A DNA stretch of 64,000 bases, taken from assembly GCA_963716745.1 (NCBI GenBank), contig OY970320.1:1984001-2048000 (forward strand). Direction: 5' to 3'. The translations under genes were made by a program, and so were the position numbers. This document shows, in pieces, positions 53,492-63,590 of the stretch; the first letter of the stretch is position 1; each line of letters begins with the position of its first letter. Origin of the DNA: an uncultured Gemmatimonadaceae bacterium. GTDB taxonomy: Bacteria; Gemmatimonadota; Gemmatimonadetes; Gemmatimonadales; Gemmatimonadaceae. The notes below the pieces were generated by a model. That model had not been told where the DNA came from. It saw only the letters and a program-made list of their open reading frames with translations, and did not search any database.

Positions 53492-54510
53492 GTTCGTCGT
53501 TCGTGACCGTGATCGTCCCGTGCAGGAATGAGCGGCGGTTCATCGAACGCTGTCTCGCGTCCATCGTGGCCTCGCGCTATCCCGCGGATCGCATGGAGAT
53601 CCTGGTAGCGGACGGCATGAGCGACAATGGGACACGCGACATCATCGCGGCGTCGATCGCGAGAGACACGCGGATCTCCATGCTCGACAACCCGGCGCGC
53701 ACATCTCCGGCCGCCATGAACATCGGCATCAAACGTGCGCGCGGCAATGTGATCCTGCGCATGGACGCGCACTGCGAGTATCCGCCGGATTACATCCCGG
53801 CGCTCGTGTCGGCACTCGAGACCACCGGCGCCGCGAACGTCGGCGGCGTGACAGCGGTCGTCCCGGCCGCCGACACGCCGGTTGCGAAGGCGATCGCGAT
53901 CGCGCTGTCGCACGTGGCGGGCATGGGCGATTCGCATTTCCGGATCGGCGCGAAGGAGGCCAAGTGGGTGGACACCGTGCCTTTCGGCTGCTGGAAGCGC
54001 GAGACGTTCGAGCGGGTAGGCCTTTTCGATGAGTCGTTGCCGAGGAACCAGGATGACGAGTTCAACATGCGTCTGTCGCGATCCGGCGGGCGCATCCTAC
54101 TCGTGCCCACGGTGGTCACGCGGTACTTCGGCCGAGAGACACTCGCGCAGCTTAGCCGCATGTTCTACCAATACGGGTACTTCAAGCCGCTCGCCGCGAT
54201 CCGTTCCGGTTCGCGGCTGCGCCCACGCCAATTCGCACCTGCGGCGCTCGTGCTCGGGCTGCTCGTCGGTACGCTCCTCGCGCCCCTTAGCACGGGCTTG
54301 TTGAGGGTGGTCGCGATCGCGTACGCGTTCTTCGTCGTGGGCGCCGCAGTGCCGACGGCGTGGATCTCCGGCCCGTCGGTGGGCGCGGCATTCCTGGCGG
54401 TCCTCCCCACGATGCATCTCGCGTACGGCGTGGGATTCCTGCGCGGAACGCTCCAGTTCGCCATCTTGAAGCGTGCCCCCGCCGCCGCTGCCCCCAAACT
54501 CTCCCGCTGA
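53488..54510 (+). CDS. GT2 glycosyltransferase (ExoA-like)
   Basis: PCRNE, DGMSDNGT, RMDAH, DTVPFG and RNQDDEFN. Confidence 0.88.
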   Translation: MSSSFVTVIVPCRNERRFIERCLASIVASRYPADRMEILVADGMSDNGTRDIIAASIARDTRISMLDNPARTSPAAMNIGIKRARGNVILRMDAHCEYPPDYIPALVSALETTGAANVGGVTAVVPAADTPVAKAIAIALSHVAGMGDSHFRIGAKEAKWVDTVPFGCWKRETFERVGLFDESLPRNQDDEFNMRLSRSGGRILLVPTVVTRYFGRETLAQLSRMFYQYGYFKPLAAIRSGSRLRPRQFAPAALVLGLLVGTLLAPLSTGLLRVVAIAYAFFVVGAAVPTAWISGPSVGAAFLAVLPTMHLAYGVGFLRGTLQFAILKRAPAAAAPKLSR

Positions 54511-55210
54511 CCGCGCCGCCTCGACGTCCGGCGAACGCATCCGCCTGGCGGCTGCGTACGCGCAGCGCGAAGCTGCCGCCTTCGACTCGTGGTTCGATCC
54601 GGCCTACCGGTTCCTGCGCCAGGACCGCGAGCGCCGGGTGCTCGAACTTCTCGCGCGCGAAGGCCTCGGCTCGCTCGAGGGCACGAGGATCCTCGACGTC
54701 GGCTGCGGCAACGGCAACTGGCTGCGCGACTTGGTACGGTGGGGCGCGACTCCCGCGAATATCACGGGTGTGGAACTGCTCGCCGATCGCGTCGAGACCG
54801 CGCGCCGTCTGGCCGCGCCGGGGATCACCGTGATGCAGGGCGACATCACGACCCTCGGCGTTGCCAATGCATCGTTCGACCTCGTCATCCAATCCACGGT
54901 GTTCAGTTCCATCCTCAATGACGCCCGCCGCCGGCGCACCGCGGCCGAATTGCGGCGCGTGGTGCGCCCGGCGGGCATGATCCTCTGGTACGATTTCCAC
55001 GTGAACAATCCGAGGAACTCCGACGTCCGTGCTGTGTCGCGTGATGAGATCACGGCGCTCTTTCCGGGCTGCGTGATCCGCATGCAGCGCATCACGCTCG
55101 CGCCGCCGCTCGCGCGAGCTCTCGCCCCGTACTCCCGCGTGATGTGCGAGGTCCTGTCGGCATTCCCCTTCCTCCGCACCCACACGTTGGCCGCGATCCG
55201 TCCCGCATGA
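54473..55210 (+). CDS. Class I SAM methyltransferase
   Basis: ILDVGCGNG, FDLVIQSTVFSSI and WYDF; start uncertain. Confidence 0.85.
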   Translation: MPPPPLPPNSPADRAASTSGERIRLAAAYAQREAAAFDSWFDPAYRFLRQDRERRVLELLAREGLGSLEGTRILDVGCGNGNWLRDLVRWGATPANITGVELLADRVETARRLAAPGITVMQGDITTLGVANASFDLVIQSTVFSSILNDARRRRTAAELRRVVRPAGMILWYDFHVNNPRNSDVRAVSRDEITALFPGCVIRMQRITLAPPLARALAPYSRVMCEVLSAFPFLRTHTLAAIRPA

Positions 55211-56370
55211 GTCGCAGAGCAGAGTTCCTGCCGTTCTCGCCCCCCGACATCGACGAGACCGACATCGCCGCCGTCGCCGATGCCATGCGTTCGGGATGGA
55301 TCACCACCGGGCCGCGCGTGAAGAAACTCGAGGAGAGCTTCGCCACGTTCGTCGGCGCTCCGGCGGCCGCCGGTTTCAACTCGTGCACCGCGGCGCTGCA
55401 CACGGCGCTCATCGCACTGGGCGTCGGGCCCGGCGATGAGGTGATCACGACGCCCAACACGTTCTGCGCGAGCGTGAACGTGATCGAGCACGTCGGCGCG
55501 CGGCCTGTCATGGTGGATGTCGAAGCGGACACGCTGAACATCGATCCCGTGCTCGTCGCGCGGGCGATCACCGCGCGCACCAAGGCGATCATCCCGGTGC
55601 ACTTCGCGGGGCATCCGGCGGACCTCGATCCCATCATGGACGTCGCACGAAGCCGCGGCATCGCCGTGCTGGAAGACTCGGCGCACGCACTCCCGGCCAA
55701 GTACAAGGGACGGATGATCGGATCGGGGTCGAATCCGGTCGCGTTCTCCTTCTACGCCACCAAGAACATGACCACAGGCGAAGGCGGGATGCTCACCGGC
55801 GATCCCGAGCTGCTCGACAACGCGCGCGTGGCCGGCCTGCACGGCATGAGCCGCGATGCGTGGAAGCGCTACGACAAGGGCGGCAGCTGGTTCTACGAGG
55901 TGGTGACGCCGGGCTTCAAGTACAACATGCCCGACATCCAGGCGGCGCTCGGTCTTACCCAGCTCGCGAAACTCGAGCGCCTGCAGAAAAGGCGCTATGA
56001 GATCGTGCGCGCATACGATGCGGCATTCAGCGCCGAGCCAGCGCTCGAAAGGCCGGCCCGCCGCCGCGACGTGGACCACGCATGGCACCTGTACACTCTG
56101 CGCATCCGCCCGGAGATGCTCACGATCGGGCGTGATGAGTTCATCAAGGAGATGGCGGCGCGGAACATCGGGACGAGCGTGCATTTCATCCCGGTGCATC
56201 TCCATCCGTACTACCGCGACAAGTATGCGCTGAAGCCGGGAGATCTTCCCGTGGCGCTGTCTAACTACGAGCGGATCCTGTCGATCCCGCTGCATCCGCG
56301 GTTGAGCGATGCCGACGTGGCGGATGTGGCGGGTGCGGTGCTCGACATCGTTGCCACGCACCGGAAGTGA
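55207..56370 (+). CDS. DegT/DnrJ/EryC1/StrS sugar aminotransferase
   Basis: NSCTAALH, EDSAHA, FSFYATKNMTTGEGG and GFKYNM. Confidence 0.93.
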   Translation: MSRRAEFLPFSPPDIDETDIAAVADAMRSGWITTGPRVKKLEESFATFVGAPAAAGFNSCTAALHTALIALGVGPGDEVITTPNTFCASVNVIEHVGARPVMVDVEADTLNIDPVLVARAITARTKAIIPVHFAGHPADLDPIMDVARSRGIAVLEDSAHALPAKYKGRMIGSGSNPVAFSFYATKNMTTGEGGMLTGDPELLDNARVAGLHGMSRDAWKRYDKGGSWFYEVVTPGFKYNMPDIQAALGLTQLAKLERLQKRRYEIVRAYDAAFSAEPALERPARRRDVDHAWHLYTLRIRPEMLTIGRDEFIKEMAARNIGTSVHFIPVHLHPYYRDKYALKPGDLPVALSNYERILSIPLHPRLSDADVADVAGAVLDIVATHRK

Positions 56371-56963
56371 GGTGGTGGAAGCGGCCGCTCGACGTGACCG
56401 CCTCCTTCGTGGGGCTGGTGCTATTGTCGCCCATGTTCGTGTTGATCGCGCTGCTGATCAAGCTCGAAGGGGATGGGCCGGTGTTCTTCCGGCAGGAGCG
56501 CGTGGGCCGGACCGGCCGGTCGTTCCGGATCTGGAAGTTCCGCACGATGCGGGCGGACGCAGAGCGGCTGGGCGGACTGTTGACCGTCGGCGACGACCCC
56601 CGGATCACTGAGGTGGGACAGGCCCTGCGACGGTACAAGCTCGACGAGCTGCCGCAGCTGCTGAACGTGCTGGTGGGCGAGATGAGCCTCGTGGGGCCAC
56701 GGCCCGAGGTCGCCCGCTACGTGGCGCTCTACACGGCCGACCAGCGCCGGGTGCTCGAACTTGTGCCCGGCATCACCGATCCCGCGTCTATAGCTTATCG
56801 GGATGAGGCGGCCGTTCTGGCCGGCCATTCGGATGCCGAGACGGCCTATGTGAACGAGGTGATGCCGGCGAAGATCCGGCTCAATCTCGACTACGCCGCC
56901 CGGGCGACATTGGGCTCCGACGTGCTGCTCATTCTCCAAACGATCGCCCACCTTGGCCGCTAG
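56367..56963 (+). CDS. Initiating phosphoglycosyl transferase (Bac_transf, monotopic)
   Basis: KRPLD, KFRTM, DPRIT, LDELPQL and MSLVGPRPE. Confidence 0.92.
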   Translation: MRWWKRPLDVTASFVGLVLLSPMFVLIALLIKLEGDGPVFFRQERVGRTGRSFRIWKFRTMRADAERLGGLLTVGDDPRITEVGQALRRYKLDELPQLLNVLVGEMSLVGPRPEVARYVALYTADQRRVLELVPGITDPASIAYRDEAAVLAGHSDAETAYVNEVMPAKIRLNLDYAARATLGSDVLLILQTIAHLGR

Positions 56964-57005
56964 AGAGTGCGGCGGGTATCTTAGTTCGCCATGCCACCCG
57001 GACAC

Positions 57006-57677
57006 ATGAACCGATTCGCTCCGATCGCCCTGCTGATCCTCAGTGCATGCGCTTCGTCGCCATCCTCGGCGCCGGAGAATGCCCCAATGCCGCCGCCGAC
57101 GCCCGCGACGATCGCGAAGCAGGACTCCCTCGCGGGGCAATGGCTCGACGAGCTGAAGCCGGGCGATGTGCTCCGCGTCGTGGTGTGGCGGCGGCCGGAG
57201 TACTCGGGTGATATCCTTGTAGGACCGAACGGCGTGCTGATGCACCCGCTGTACCAGACCGTTCGCGTCGTGGACCTTCCCCCCGATTCCGTGCGGGCGA
57301 ACGTCGGGGCGTTCCTGTCCAAGTACGAGATGAACCCGCAATTCTTCGTGGAGCCGCTCTTTCGCGTGCTGGTCACCGGCGAGGTGCGGACCGGTGGCTT
57401 GCTGAGCGTGCCGCAGACGACGACTCTGCCGCAGGCGGTCGCGCTGGCTGGCGGTCCGACCATCGATGCGGACATTACCAATGTTAAGTTACTCCGGGGA
57501 CACATCGTGACAGTGTTCGACCTTGCGAACCTCGGGTTGGTGCTCGATACGCTCCACGTACAGTCAGGAGATCAAGTCGTCGTCGGGAAGAAATTCAACT
57601 TCTTGCGGGACTATGCCGGCCCGATCGCGTCGCTCGTCACAATGTTCATCTCCATCGGCTACTTCACCCGCCGCTGA
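57006..57677 (+). CDS. wza: Polysaccharide export lipoprotein (short Wza/OPX family)
   Basis: Lipobox LSAC; LKPGDVL; VTGEV; AVALAGG; SGDQVVV; hydrophobic C-terminal helix. Confidence 0.75.
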   Translation: MNRFAPIALLILSACASSPSSAPENAPMPPPTPATIAKQDSLAGQWLDELKPGDVLRVVVWRRPEYSGDILVGPNGVLMHPLYQTVRVVDLPPDSVRANVGAFLSKYEMNPQFFVEPLFRVLVTGEVRTGGLLSVPQTTTLPQAVALAGGPTIDADITNVKLLRGHIVTVFDLANLGLVLDTLHVQSGDQVVVGKKFNFLRDYAGPIASLVTMFISIGYFTRR

Positions 57678-57680
57678 CGC

Positions 57681-60131
57681 ATGTCCGAACTCCTTCCGCC
57701 TCCCAAGGAAAACGGTTCCGGCAATCTGCCGGACCAGATGCAGGCATGGCGCTCGCTGCAAGGCGAGGGCGAGCCCGAACTCGAGCAGGTGGATTTCAAG
57801 GAACTGCTCGCGACGGTCAGGCGCCGGTGGAAGCTCGTGTTACTCGTCACGCTCGCCTCGGTAGGCGCCGCCTGGTATCTCGCCATGTCGGAGCCGGCAC
57901 ATTTCCAGGCGATGGCCACGATCCGGCTGGCCGACACACGCCGGCAAATGACGAATGGGATCGACCAGACACAGACGGTCTACGGCGGCATCGCGATGTT
58001 CGCCGACCCGATCCTTTCGCAGATCCAGGTGTTGGACAGCCGGGCCGTCGCCATGGAAGTCGTCAAGCAGCATCCGCTCGGCCTACGCGTGATCCCGGTC
58101 GGAATCGGCGCGAAGTCACTGGATGACGTTTCGGTCATTTCGGAACCGATCGCCGATACGATCCATCTCGCGATCAAGGGCGGCATCGTGACGGCGACCG
58201 CCGGCGCGGCGAGAGTGCGCGCGCCGCTCGACTCATTGATCACGATCGGGGGCATCGCGTTCAGCGTGAAGTCCGACCCGCGATCCGAGAACCCGATGCT
58301 CGTGACCACATCGTTGACCAACGCAGCCAACGCCCTCTCGGCGGCCCTGACCCCACGCCAGCGGAAGGCGACCGATGTGATCGACGTGCTCTATGTTTCC
58401 GAGGATCCGTACCAGGCGCAGCAGGTCGTGAACGCGGCGGTGAACGTCTTCCGCGATGTGAACGCCCAGACGGCGCAGGCAGAATCGCGCCGCCGCCGGG
58501 AGTTCCTCGGAGAGCAGGTGAACCACAGCGACTCGTTGCTCCGGGAAGCTGCCGACCAGCTCAGCGCGTTCCGGAGTCGCGAGCACCTGTATGGCAGCAG
58601 CGACCAGATCACTGCGCAGCAAGGACAATTGCTCGCGCAAGAGGAGAAACGACAGGACATGGCGGCCGACCGCGATGTCCTCAACAAACTTCTCGCGACG
58701 ATCCAGCACTCGCGTGACAGCTCGCGCACGCAAGCATTGCGGGCGATCGCATCGTCGCCAAGCATCGCCTCGAATCCGATCATTTCTGGATTGTACTCAC
58801 AGTTGATGGATCTGGAATTGACGCGCGATTCGCTCACATCCGGTGAATGGGGGGCTGCGCCCACGAACCCCGACGTGCAGCGGACGAACTTGATGATCCA
58901 CGTGACCGAGGAGCACCTCGTGAACGCGGTGCAGAGCAATGTCGTGGCACTCAACGAGCGGATCGGCGCACTGGACCAGCAGCGGTCGCAGAATACGGGC
59001 TTGCTCGACGCGATGCCGGCGAAGCAGGCGTCGGAGGCGCGCCTGTCGATGCACGTCGAGACGATTAAGCGCATGACCGATCAGTTGCGCGACGACTACC
59101 AGCGGGCGAGTGTGAGCGAGGCGGTGGAAGCGGGACAAGTGGAGATCGTGGACCTCGCGATCCGGCCTACCAAGCCCATCGGTGCCCGGCTGCGCACCAA
59201 GCTCGGACTCGGATTGATCCTCGGCCTGTTCTTCGGCGCCGGCGCCGCGTTCATCGTAGAGCGGCTGAACACGGCCATTCGCCGCCGTGAAGAGATCGAG
59301 CGCTTGCTGCATGTGCCGGGGCTCGGCATCATCCCGCAGATCATGCCCAACCGCGTCGTGCGTGGGCACCTGAAGTTCGCGGGACTGAACCTGCCGTTCC
59401 CGCAGTCGCGCAAATCGGTGCGCCGGGGCATGGGCGACAGTGCCGCACTTGTGACGTCGCAGAACATGCGCTCCACGAGCGCTGAGGCGTTCCGCACACT
59501 GCGCACCAATTTGATCTTCTCGCAGGCGGTGCAATCGCTTCGCACGATCGTGATCACGAGCCCGTCGCCACAGGACGGAAAGACCACGACGGCGACGAAC
59601 CTCGCGGTGACGTTCGCTCAGCAGGGATTGAGAGTGCTGCTCGCGGACTGCGATCTCCGCCGCGGCCGGCTGCACAATGTGTTCCGCGTGCCGCGCGAGC
59701 CGGGGATGACGCAGTACCTAGCGGGCCAGAACACTTTCTCGGAAGTCGTGCGCGATTCGACGGTGGAACGCCTGTCGTTCATCCCCGCGGGAACGTTCCC
59801 GCCGAACCCGTCGGAACTGCTGGGGAGTGCACGCACGCGGGACCTGATGGCGCAGCTCTCCAGCCAGTACGACATCGTGATCCTCGACACGCCGCCGGTG
59901 CACGTCGCGGGCGATGCGCTCATCCTCGGCACGATCGCGGACGGCGTGATCCTGGTGCTGCGCGCTGGGAACACCGAGCGCGGGGCCGCGCAGCATGCGA
60001 TGCTGCGTCTCACGAACGTCGGCGCGCGAGTGGTCGGTGCGGTGTTGAACGATCCCGACCACAAGGTCCCACAGTACGGCGGCTATTACTACTACGACTA
60101 TTACTATGGGGACGAGCCCCAGAAGGCGTGA
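57681..60131 (+). CDS. wzc: Polysaccharide co-polymerase / tyrosine autokinase
   Basis: Two TM segments, coiled coil, EAFRTLRTN, Walker A SPSPQDGKT, ILDTPP and Tyr cluster YGGYYYYDYYY. Confidence 0.92.
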   Translation: MSELLPPPKENGSGNLPDQMQAWRSLQGEGEPELEQVDFKELLATVRRRWKLVLLVTLASVGAAWYLAMSEPAHFQAMATIRLADTRRQMTNGIDQTQTVYGGIAMFADPILSQIQVLDSRAVAMEVVKQHPLGLRVIPVGIGAKSLDDVSVISEPIADTIHLAIKGGIVTATAGAARVRAPLDSLITIGGIAFSVKSDPRSENPMLVTTSLTNAANALSAALTPRQRKATDVIDVLYVSEDPYQAQQVVNAAVNVFRDVNAQTAQAESRRRREFLGEQVNHSDSLLREAADQLSAFRSREHLYGSSDQITAQQGQLLAQEEKRQDMAADRDVLNKLLATIQHSRDSSRTQALRAIASSPSIASNPIISGLYSQLMDLELTRDSLTSGEWGAAPTNPDVQRTNLMIHVTEEHLVNAVQSNVVALNERIGALDQQRSQNTGLLDAMPAKQASEARLSMHVETIKRMTDQLRDDYQRASVSEAVEAGQVEIVDLAIRPTKPIGARLRTKLGLGLILGLFFGAGAAFIVERLNTAIRRREEIERLLHVPGLGIIPQIMPNRVVRGHLKFAGLNLPFPQSRKSVRRGMGDSAALVTSQNMRSTSAEAFRTLRTNLIFSQAVQSLRTIVITSPSPQDGKTTTATNLAVTFAQQGLRVLLADCDLRRGRLHNVFRVPREPGMTQYLAGQNTFSEVVRDSTVERLSFIPAGTFPPNPSELLGSARTRDLMAQLSSQYDIVILDTPPVHVAGDALILGTIADGVILVLRAGNTERGAAQHAMLRLTNVGARVVGAVLNDPDHKVPQYGGYYYYDYYYGDEPQKA

Positions 60132-60152
60132 GGTGATCCCAGAAAGCGAGTC

Positions 60153-60809
60153 GTGATCCCCCGCGATTCGAATCTCCTCCGCTCGCTGATCAGCGAGCAC
60201 GTCCGTCGTGCCGTGGCAGAGGGTCGGCTGCGCGGCCGGATCCTCAATATCTCCGCCGGATCGATCGACTATCGCGCGCTCATCGAGGCGCAGCCCGGCA
60301 CGCAGATGATCGCCACCGACTGGTTGCACGCGCCGACGAAGGTCGCCGTCAATGTGTACTGCGACGCGGGCGCGCTGCCGTTCGCCGCCCGATCGTTCGA
60401 CGGGATCCTTTGCACGGAGGTGCTGGAGCACCTCGCTGCGCCCGCGCGGACGCTCGCCGAAGCGATGCGCGTGCTGCGGCCCGGTGGATGGCTGCTGCTC
60501 ACGACGCCGTTCATGTATCACGCGCATCAGCGGCCGTACGACTTCTTCCGCTACACCGTGGCGGGACTCGAAATGCTTCTGAGTGGAGCGGGCTTCGTGG
60601 AGATCGAAATGCGCAGATCAGGGGACTCACTCGCGGTGCTGTTGCACAGTCTCAAGATGCAGCGCTGGCGAGGCACCTCCACGCTGCTCCGTTGGGCGGA
60701 GCGGGCGTACCTCCGGCAACGCGGTGAGATCGCAGTCGGCTCCGAGATCGCACGCGATCCAATGGCGCTCGGATACTGCGCGATGGCACGGTCGCCGAGC
60801 GCGCTCTAG
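60153..60809 (+). CDS. Class I SAM methyltransferase
   Basis: ILNISAG, CTEVLEHL, LRPGG and PYDFFRYT. Confidence 0.82.
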   Translation: MIPRDSNLLRSLISEHVRRAVAEGRLRGRILNISAGSIDYRALIEAQPGTQMIATDWLHAPTKVAVNVYCDAGALPFAARSFDGILCTEVLEHLAAPARTLAEAMRVLRPGGWLLLTTPFMYHAHQRPYDFFRYTVAGLEMLLSGAGFVEIEMRRSGDSLAVLLHSLKMQRWRGTSTLLRWAERAYLRQRGEIAVGSEIARDPMALGYCAMARSPSAL

Positions 60810-61109
60810 CGCTCTTCACTTCGCTGCCCTGGGCACTCTGGCCCCTCCTCCTCATCGCAAGCCATTCTACGCCGCCTTCATCAACGATCACTGTAACGGG
60901 GAAGAACGGCGTAAGTTGTAGGGGCGTGAAGATCGGCTCGCTGCGCGTGCCCCGATTTGCAGGCCGCGGCCACCTCACGCAGCACTCTCGTTAGCATTCG
61001 CGAAGAGATCTCGCACTGCTGCTCGACCCGCGGTGTAAGCTCGGAGGAAATCCATGGAGTCTCGTTCGGGTTCGGAGAATGGGATCCTGTCAGTTCGGGT
61101 CGCCGGGGC

Positions 61110-62939
61110 ATGACGAGTGTTCTCGGCATCTCGGCCTATTACCACGACTCCGCCGCGGCACTCATCGTCGACGGCGAGATAGTTGCTGCCGCGCAGGAAG
61201 AGCGATTCACGCGCAAGAAGTTCGACGAGACGTTCCCCGTGCACGCGGTCGCTTACTGCCTGAGAGAGGCGGGGCTTCGGCCATCGGACCTGGATTATGT
61301 GGGCTTTTATGAGAAGCCAATGCTGAAGTTCGACAGGCTGGTCGAGACATTTCTTTCGTTCAGTCCGCGAGGGTACTCATCCTTTGCCAAGGCTGTGCCA
61401 GTTTGGTTGCATACCAAATTGCAGATCCCTCGCGCACTCGATCGTGCCCTGGGTGGGGCGTATACCAAGCGCTTCGTTTTTCCCGAACACCATGAATCAC
61501 ACGCCGCAAGCGCCTTCTACCCTTCGCCATTCAATGAGGCGGCAATTCTCACTCTGGACGGAGTCGGCGAATGGGCGACGACTACGTGCGGATCTGGCCA
61601 AGGGAATCGCATCACGCTCAGTCATGAGATCCGTTTCCCCCACTCTCTCGGATTGCTGTACTCTGCATTCACGTATTACTGTGGATTCCGGGTCAATTCG
61701 GGTGAGTACAAACTCATGGGGCTAGCGCCGTATGGGGAGCCTCGCTTTGAGAACGCGATTAGACGTGAGCTGATAGACATCAAGGAGGACGGCTCCTTTC
61801 GTCTCAATCTCCAATATTTCGACTTTCCGCACGGCCTCCGTATGACGTCCCGAAAGTTCCATGAGCTATTCGGTGGCCCTCCGCGACAGCCGGAGGCGGC
61901 CATAACGGAGCGGGAAATGGACATTGCAGCATCGATCCAGGCGGTGACCGAAGACATCATGCTGAAGTGCGCGCGATACGTGCATCGGACGACCCGGATG
62001 AAGAATCTGTGCCTTGCGGGCGGGGTGGCCCTCAATTGTGTTGGCAATGGTCGCATTCTTCGCGAGGGTCCATTCGATGACATATGGGTTCAGCCCGCCG
62101 CAGGCGACGCCGGTGGCGCACTCGGAGTTGCGTCGCTCATTTGGCATCAATTGCTTGGAATGCCCCGTCGGCCGGCTCTGCCGGATTCTCAAAAAGGATC
62201 TCTGCTGGGCCCTGAATTCGACGATGAGTCCGTTCGCAAGTTCCTGGATGGTATCGGCGCGCACTACAGGTTCTTCGAGGATGATGCCGCACTTTGTGGT
62301 TGTGTCGCGGAGTTGATCGGCGCGGAGCAAGTCGTCGGTTGGGTGCAGGGCCGAATGGAATTCGGTCCGCGCGCCCTCGGTGCGCGAAGCATTCTTGGTG
62401 ATGCGCGCCGCTCAGGAATGCAGTCGCAAATGAACCTGAAGATCAAGTTTCGGGAATCTTTCCGGCCATTCGCCCCGTCGGTGTTGCGAGAGCGCGTGCA
62501 GGATTATTTTGAAACGCCGACAGCGCTGGACAGCGCGTACATGTTGATGGTCGCGAGCGTGCGCGAGGACAAACGGCTTGGATCGGTCGACGGGACCGTT
62601 CGCGGTCTCGAGAAGCTCAAGCAGGCACGCTCTGTGATACCGGCGGTAACGCACGTTGATTTTTCCGCACGGATCCAAACGGTGGATCGCCGGCATGGCC
62701 GCTTTTACGATTTGCTGAAGAATGTAGAGGCGCTGTCGGGGTGCCCGGTGGTGATCAATACGAGCTTCAACGTGCGAGGTGAACCGATCGTTTGCACGCC
62801 GCAGGACGCGTACCGGTGCTTTATGGCCACGAATATCGATGCTCTCGCTGTTGGGCACTTCGTCATGCTAAGGACGGAACAGCCGCAGCTGAGTGCCGAT
62901 GAGGTTCGCCGGTACATCTCTCAATTTGAATTGGACTGA
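61110..62939 (+). CDS. O-carbamoyltransferase (CmcH/NodU family, SxtI-like)
   Basis: GISAYYHDSAA, EERFTR, HHESHAASAF, DGVGE, EYKLMGLAPYG, GPRALG and NTSFN. Confidence 0.93.
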   Translation: MTSVLGISAYYHDSAAALIVDGEIVAAAQEERFTRKKFDETFPVHAVAYCLREAGLRPSDLDYVGFYEKPMLKFDRLVETFLSFSPRGYSSFAKAVPVWLHTKLQIPRALDRALGGAYTKRFVFPEHHESHAASAFYPSPFNEAAILTLDGVGEWATTTCGSGQGNRITLSHEIRFPHSLGLLYSAFTYYCGFRVNSGEYKLMGLAPYGEPRFENAIRRELIDIKEDGSFRLNLQYFDFPHGLRMTSRKFHELFGGPPRQPEAAITEREMDIAASIQAVTEDIMLKCARYVHRTTRMKNLCLAGGVALNCVGNGRILREGPFDDIWVQPAAGDAGGALGVASLIWHQLLGMPRRPALPDSQKGSLLGPEFDDESVRKFLDGIGAHYRFFEDDAALCGCVAELIGAEQVVGWVQGRMEFGPRALGARSILGDARRSGMQSQMNLKIKFRESFRPFAPSVLRERVQDYFETPTALDSAYMLMVASVREDKRLGSVDGTVRGLEKLKQARSVIPAVTHVDFSARIQTVDRRHGRFYDLLKNVEALSGCPVVINTSFNVRGEPIVCTPQDAYRCFMATNIDALAVGHFVMLRTEQPQLSADEVRRYISQFELD

Positions 62940-62941
62940 CA

Positions 62942-63361
62942 GTGTCGCTCATACGACTCAACCTGACTCCGTCCGCATTCGAGCTTCGATGGTTTGGGTG
63001 GCTTTGGTTCCCGCTTTTCGTACTCGCGTCCGGCTTTCTCGCGCATAAATGGATCGGGGGCTGGGAAGCTTCTTCCGTCGTCTGGATATTGGGCGCCGTC
63101 ACTGAAGGCGCAATGCTCGCAGCACCACGTTTCGCACGGTCGGTCTATGTCGGCTTGTCCCTAGCCACCTATCCGATCGGCGTTGTGGTGTCGCAGGTGG
63201 TGCTCGTTCTCATGTACTTCCTTGTGATCACGCCAATCGGGCTCATTCTTCGAATTGGAGGACGCGACGTGATGAATCGTCAATTCGAGCGAGACGCAAC
63301 CACGTACTGGCGGGAACGCGCTGGCGAACATCCGCCCTCCGACTATTTCAATCAATCGTGA
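62942..63361 (+). CDS. SxtJ-family membrane protein
   Basis: LRWFG, YFLVITPIGL..R..GRD and TYW; located directly after the carbamoyltransferase. Confidence 0.8.
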   Translation: MSLIRLNLTPSAFELRWFGWLWFPLFVLASGFLAHKWIGGWEASSVVWILGAVTEGAMLAAPRFARSVYVGLSLATYPIGVVVSQVVLVLMYFLVITPIGLILRIGGRDVMNRQFERDATTYWRERAGEHPPSDYFNQS

Positions 63362-63582
63362 GCAGTGAGCCGGCGGACCCGAGGCGCGGCGATGCGCGCG
63401 GTCAGGAGTTCGAGCAGGCCGCTTCCGGGAAACGCATAGGAGTAGTCAGTGACTTCCTCAGGCTTCTGGGCGAGACCAAGAAGTGGTGGCTGGCTCCGAT
63501 CCTCGTGCTCTTCTTGGTTCTGGGACTTGTCGTGGTGTTAGCGAGTACTGGCGCGGCGCCTTTCATATACACGCTCTGGTAG
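63358..63582 (+). CDS. DUF5989 / SxtK-like small membrane protein
   Basis: KKWWLAPI ... APFIYTL signature. Confidence 0.85.
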   Translation: MSSEPADPRRGDARGQEFEQAASGKRIGVVSDFLRLLGETKKWWLAPILVLFLVLGLVVVLASTGAAPFIYTLW

Positions 63583-63590
63583 GTCGCACC

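Noticed and set aside
54604..56361. Long antisense or alternate-frame ORFs (e.g. 585 aa here, 20990-22213, 22815-24149, 15657-17114)
   Set aside because: Arg/Ala-rich shadows of well-supported genes, expected in high-GC DNA
60810..61109. ncRNA or riboswitch in the 300-bp gap before the carbamoyltransferase
   Set aside because: No recognisable motif or strong structure by eye; an Rfam search would be needed
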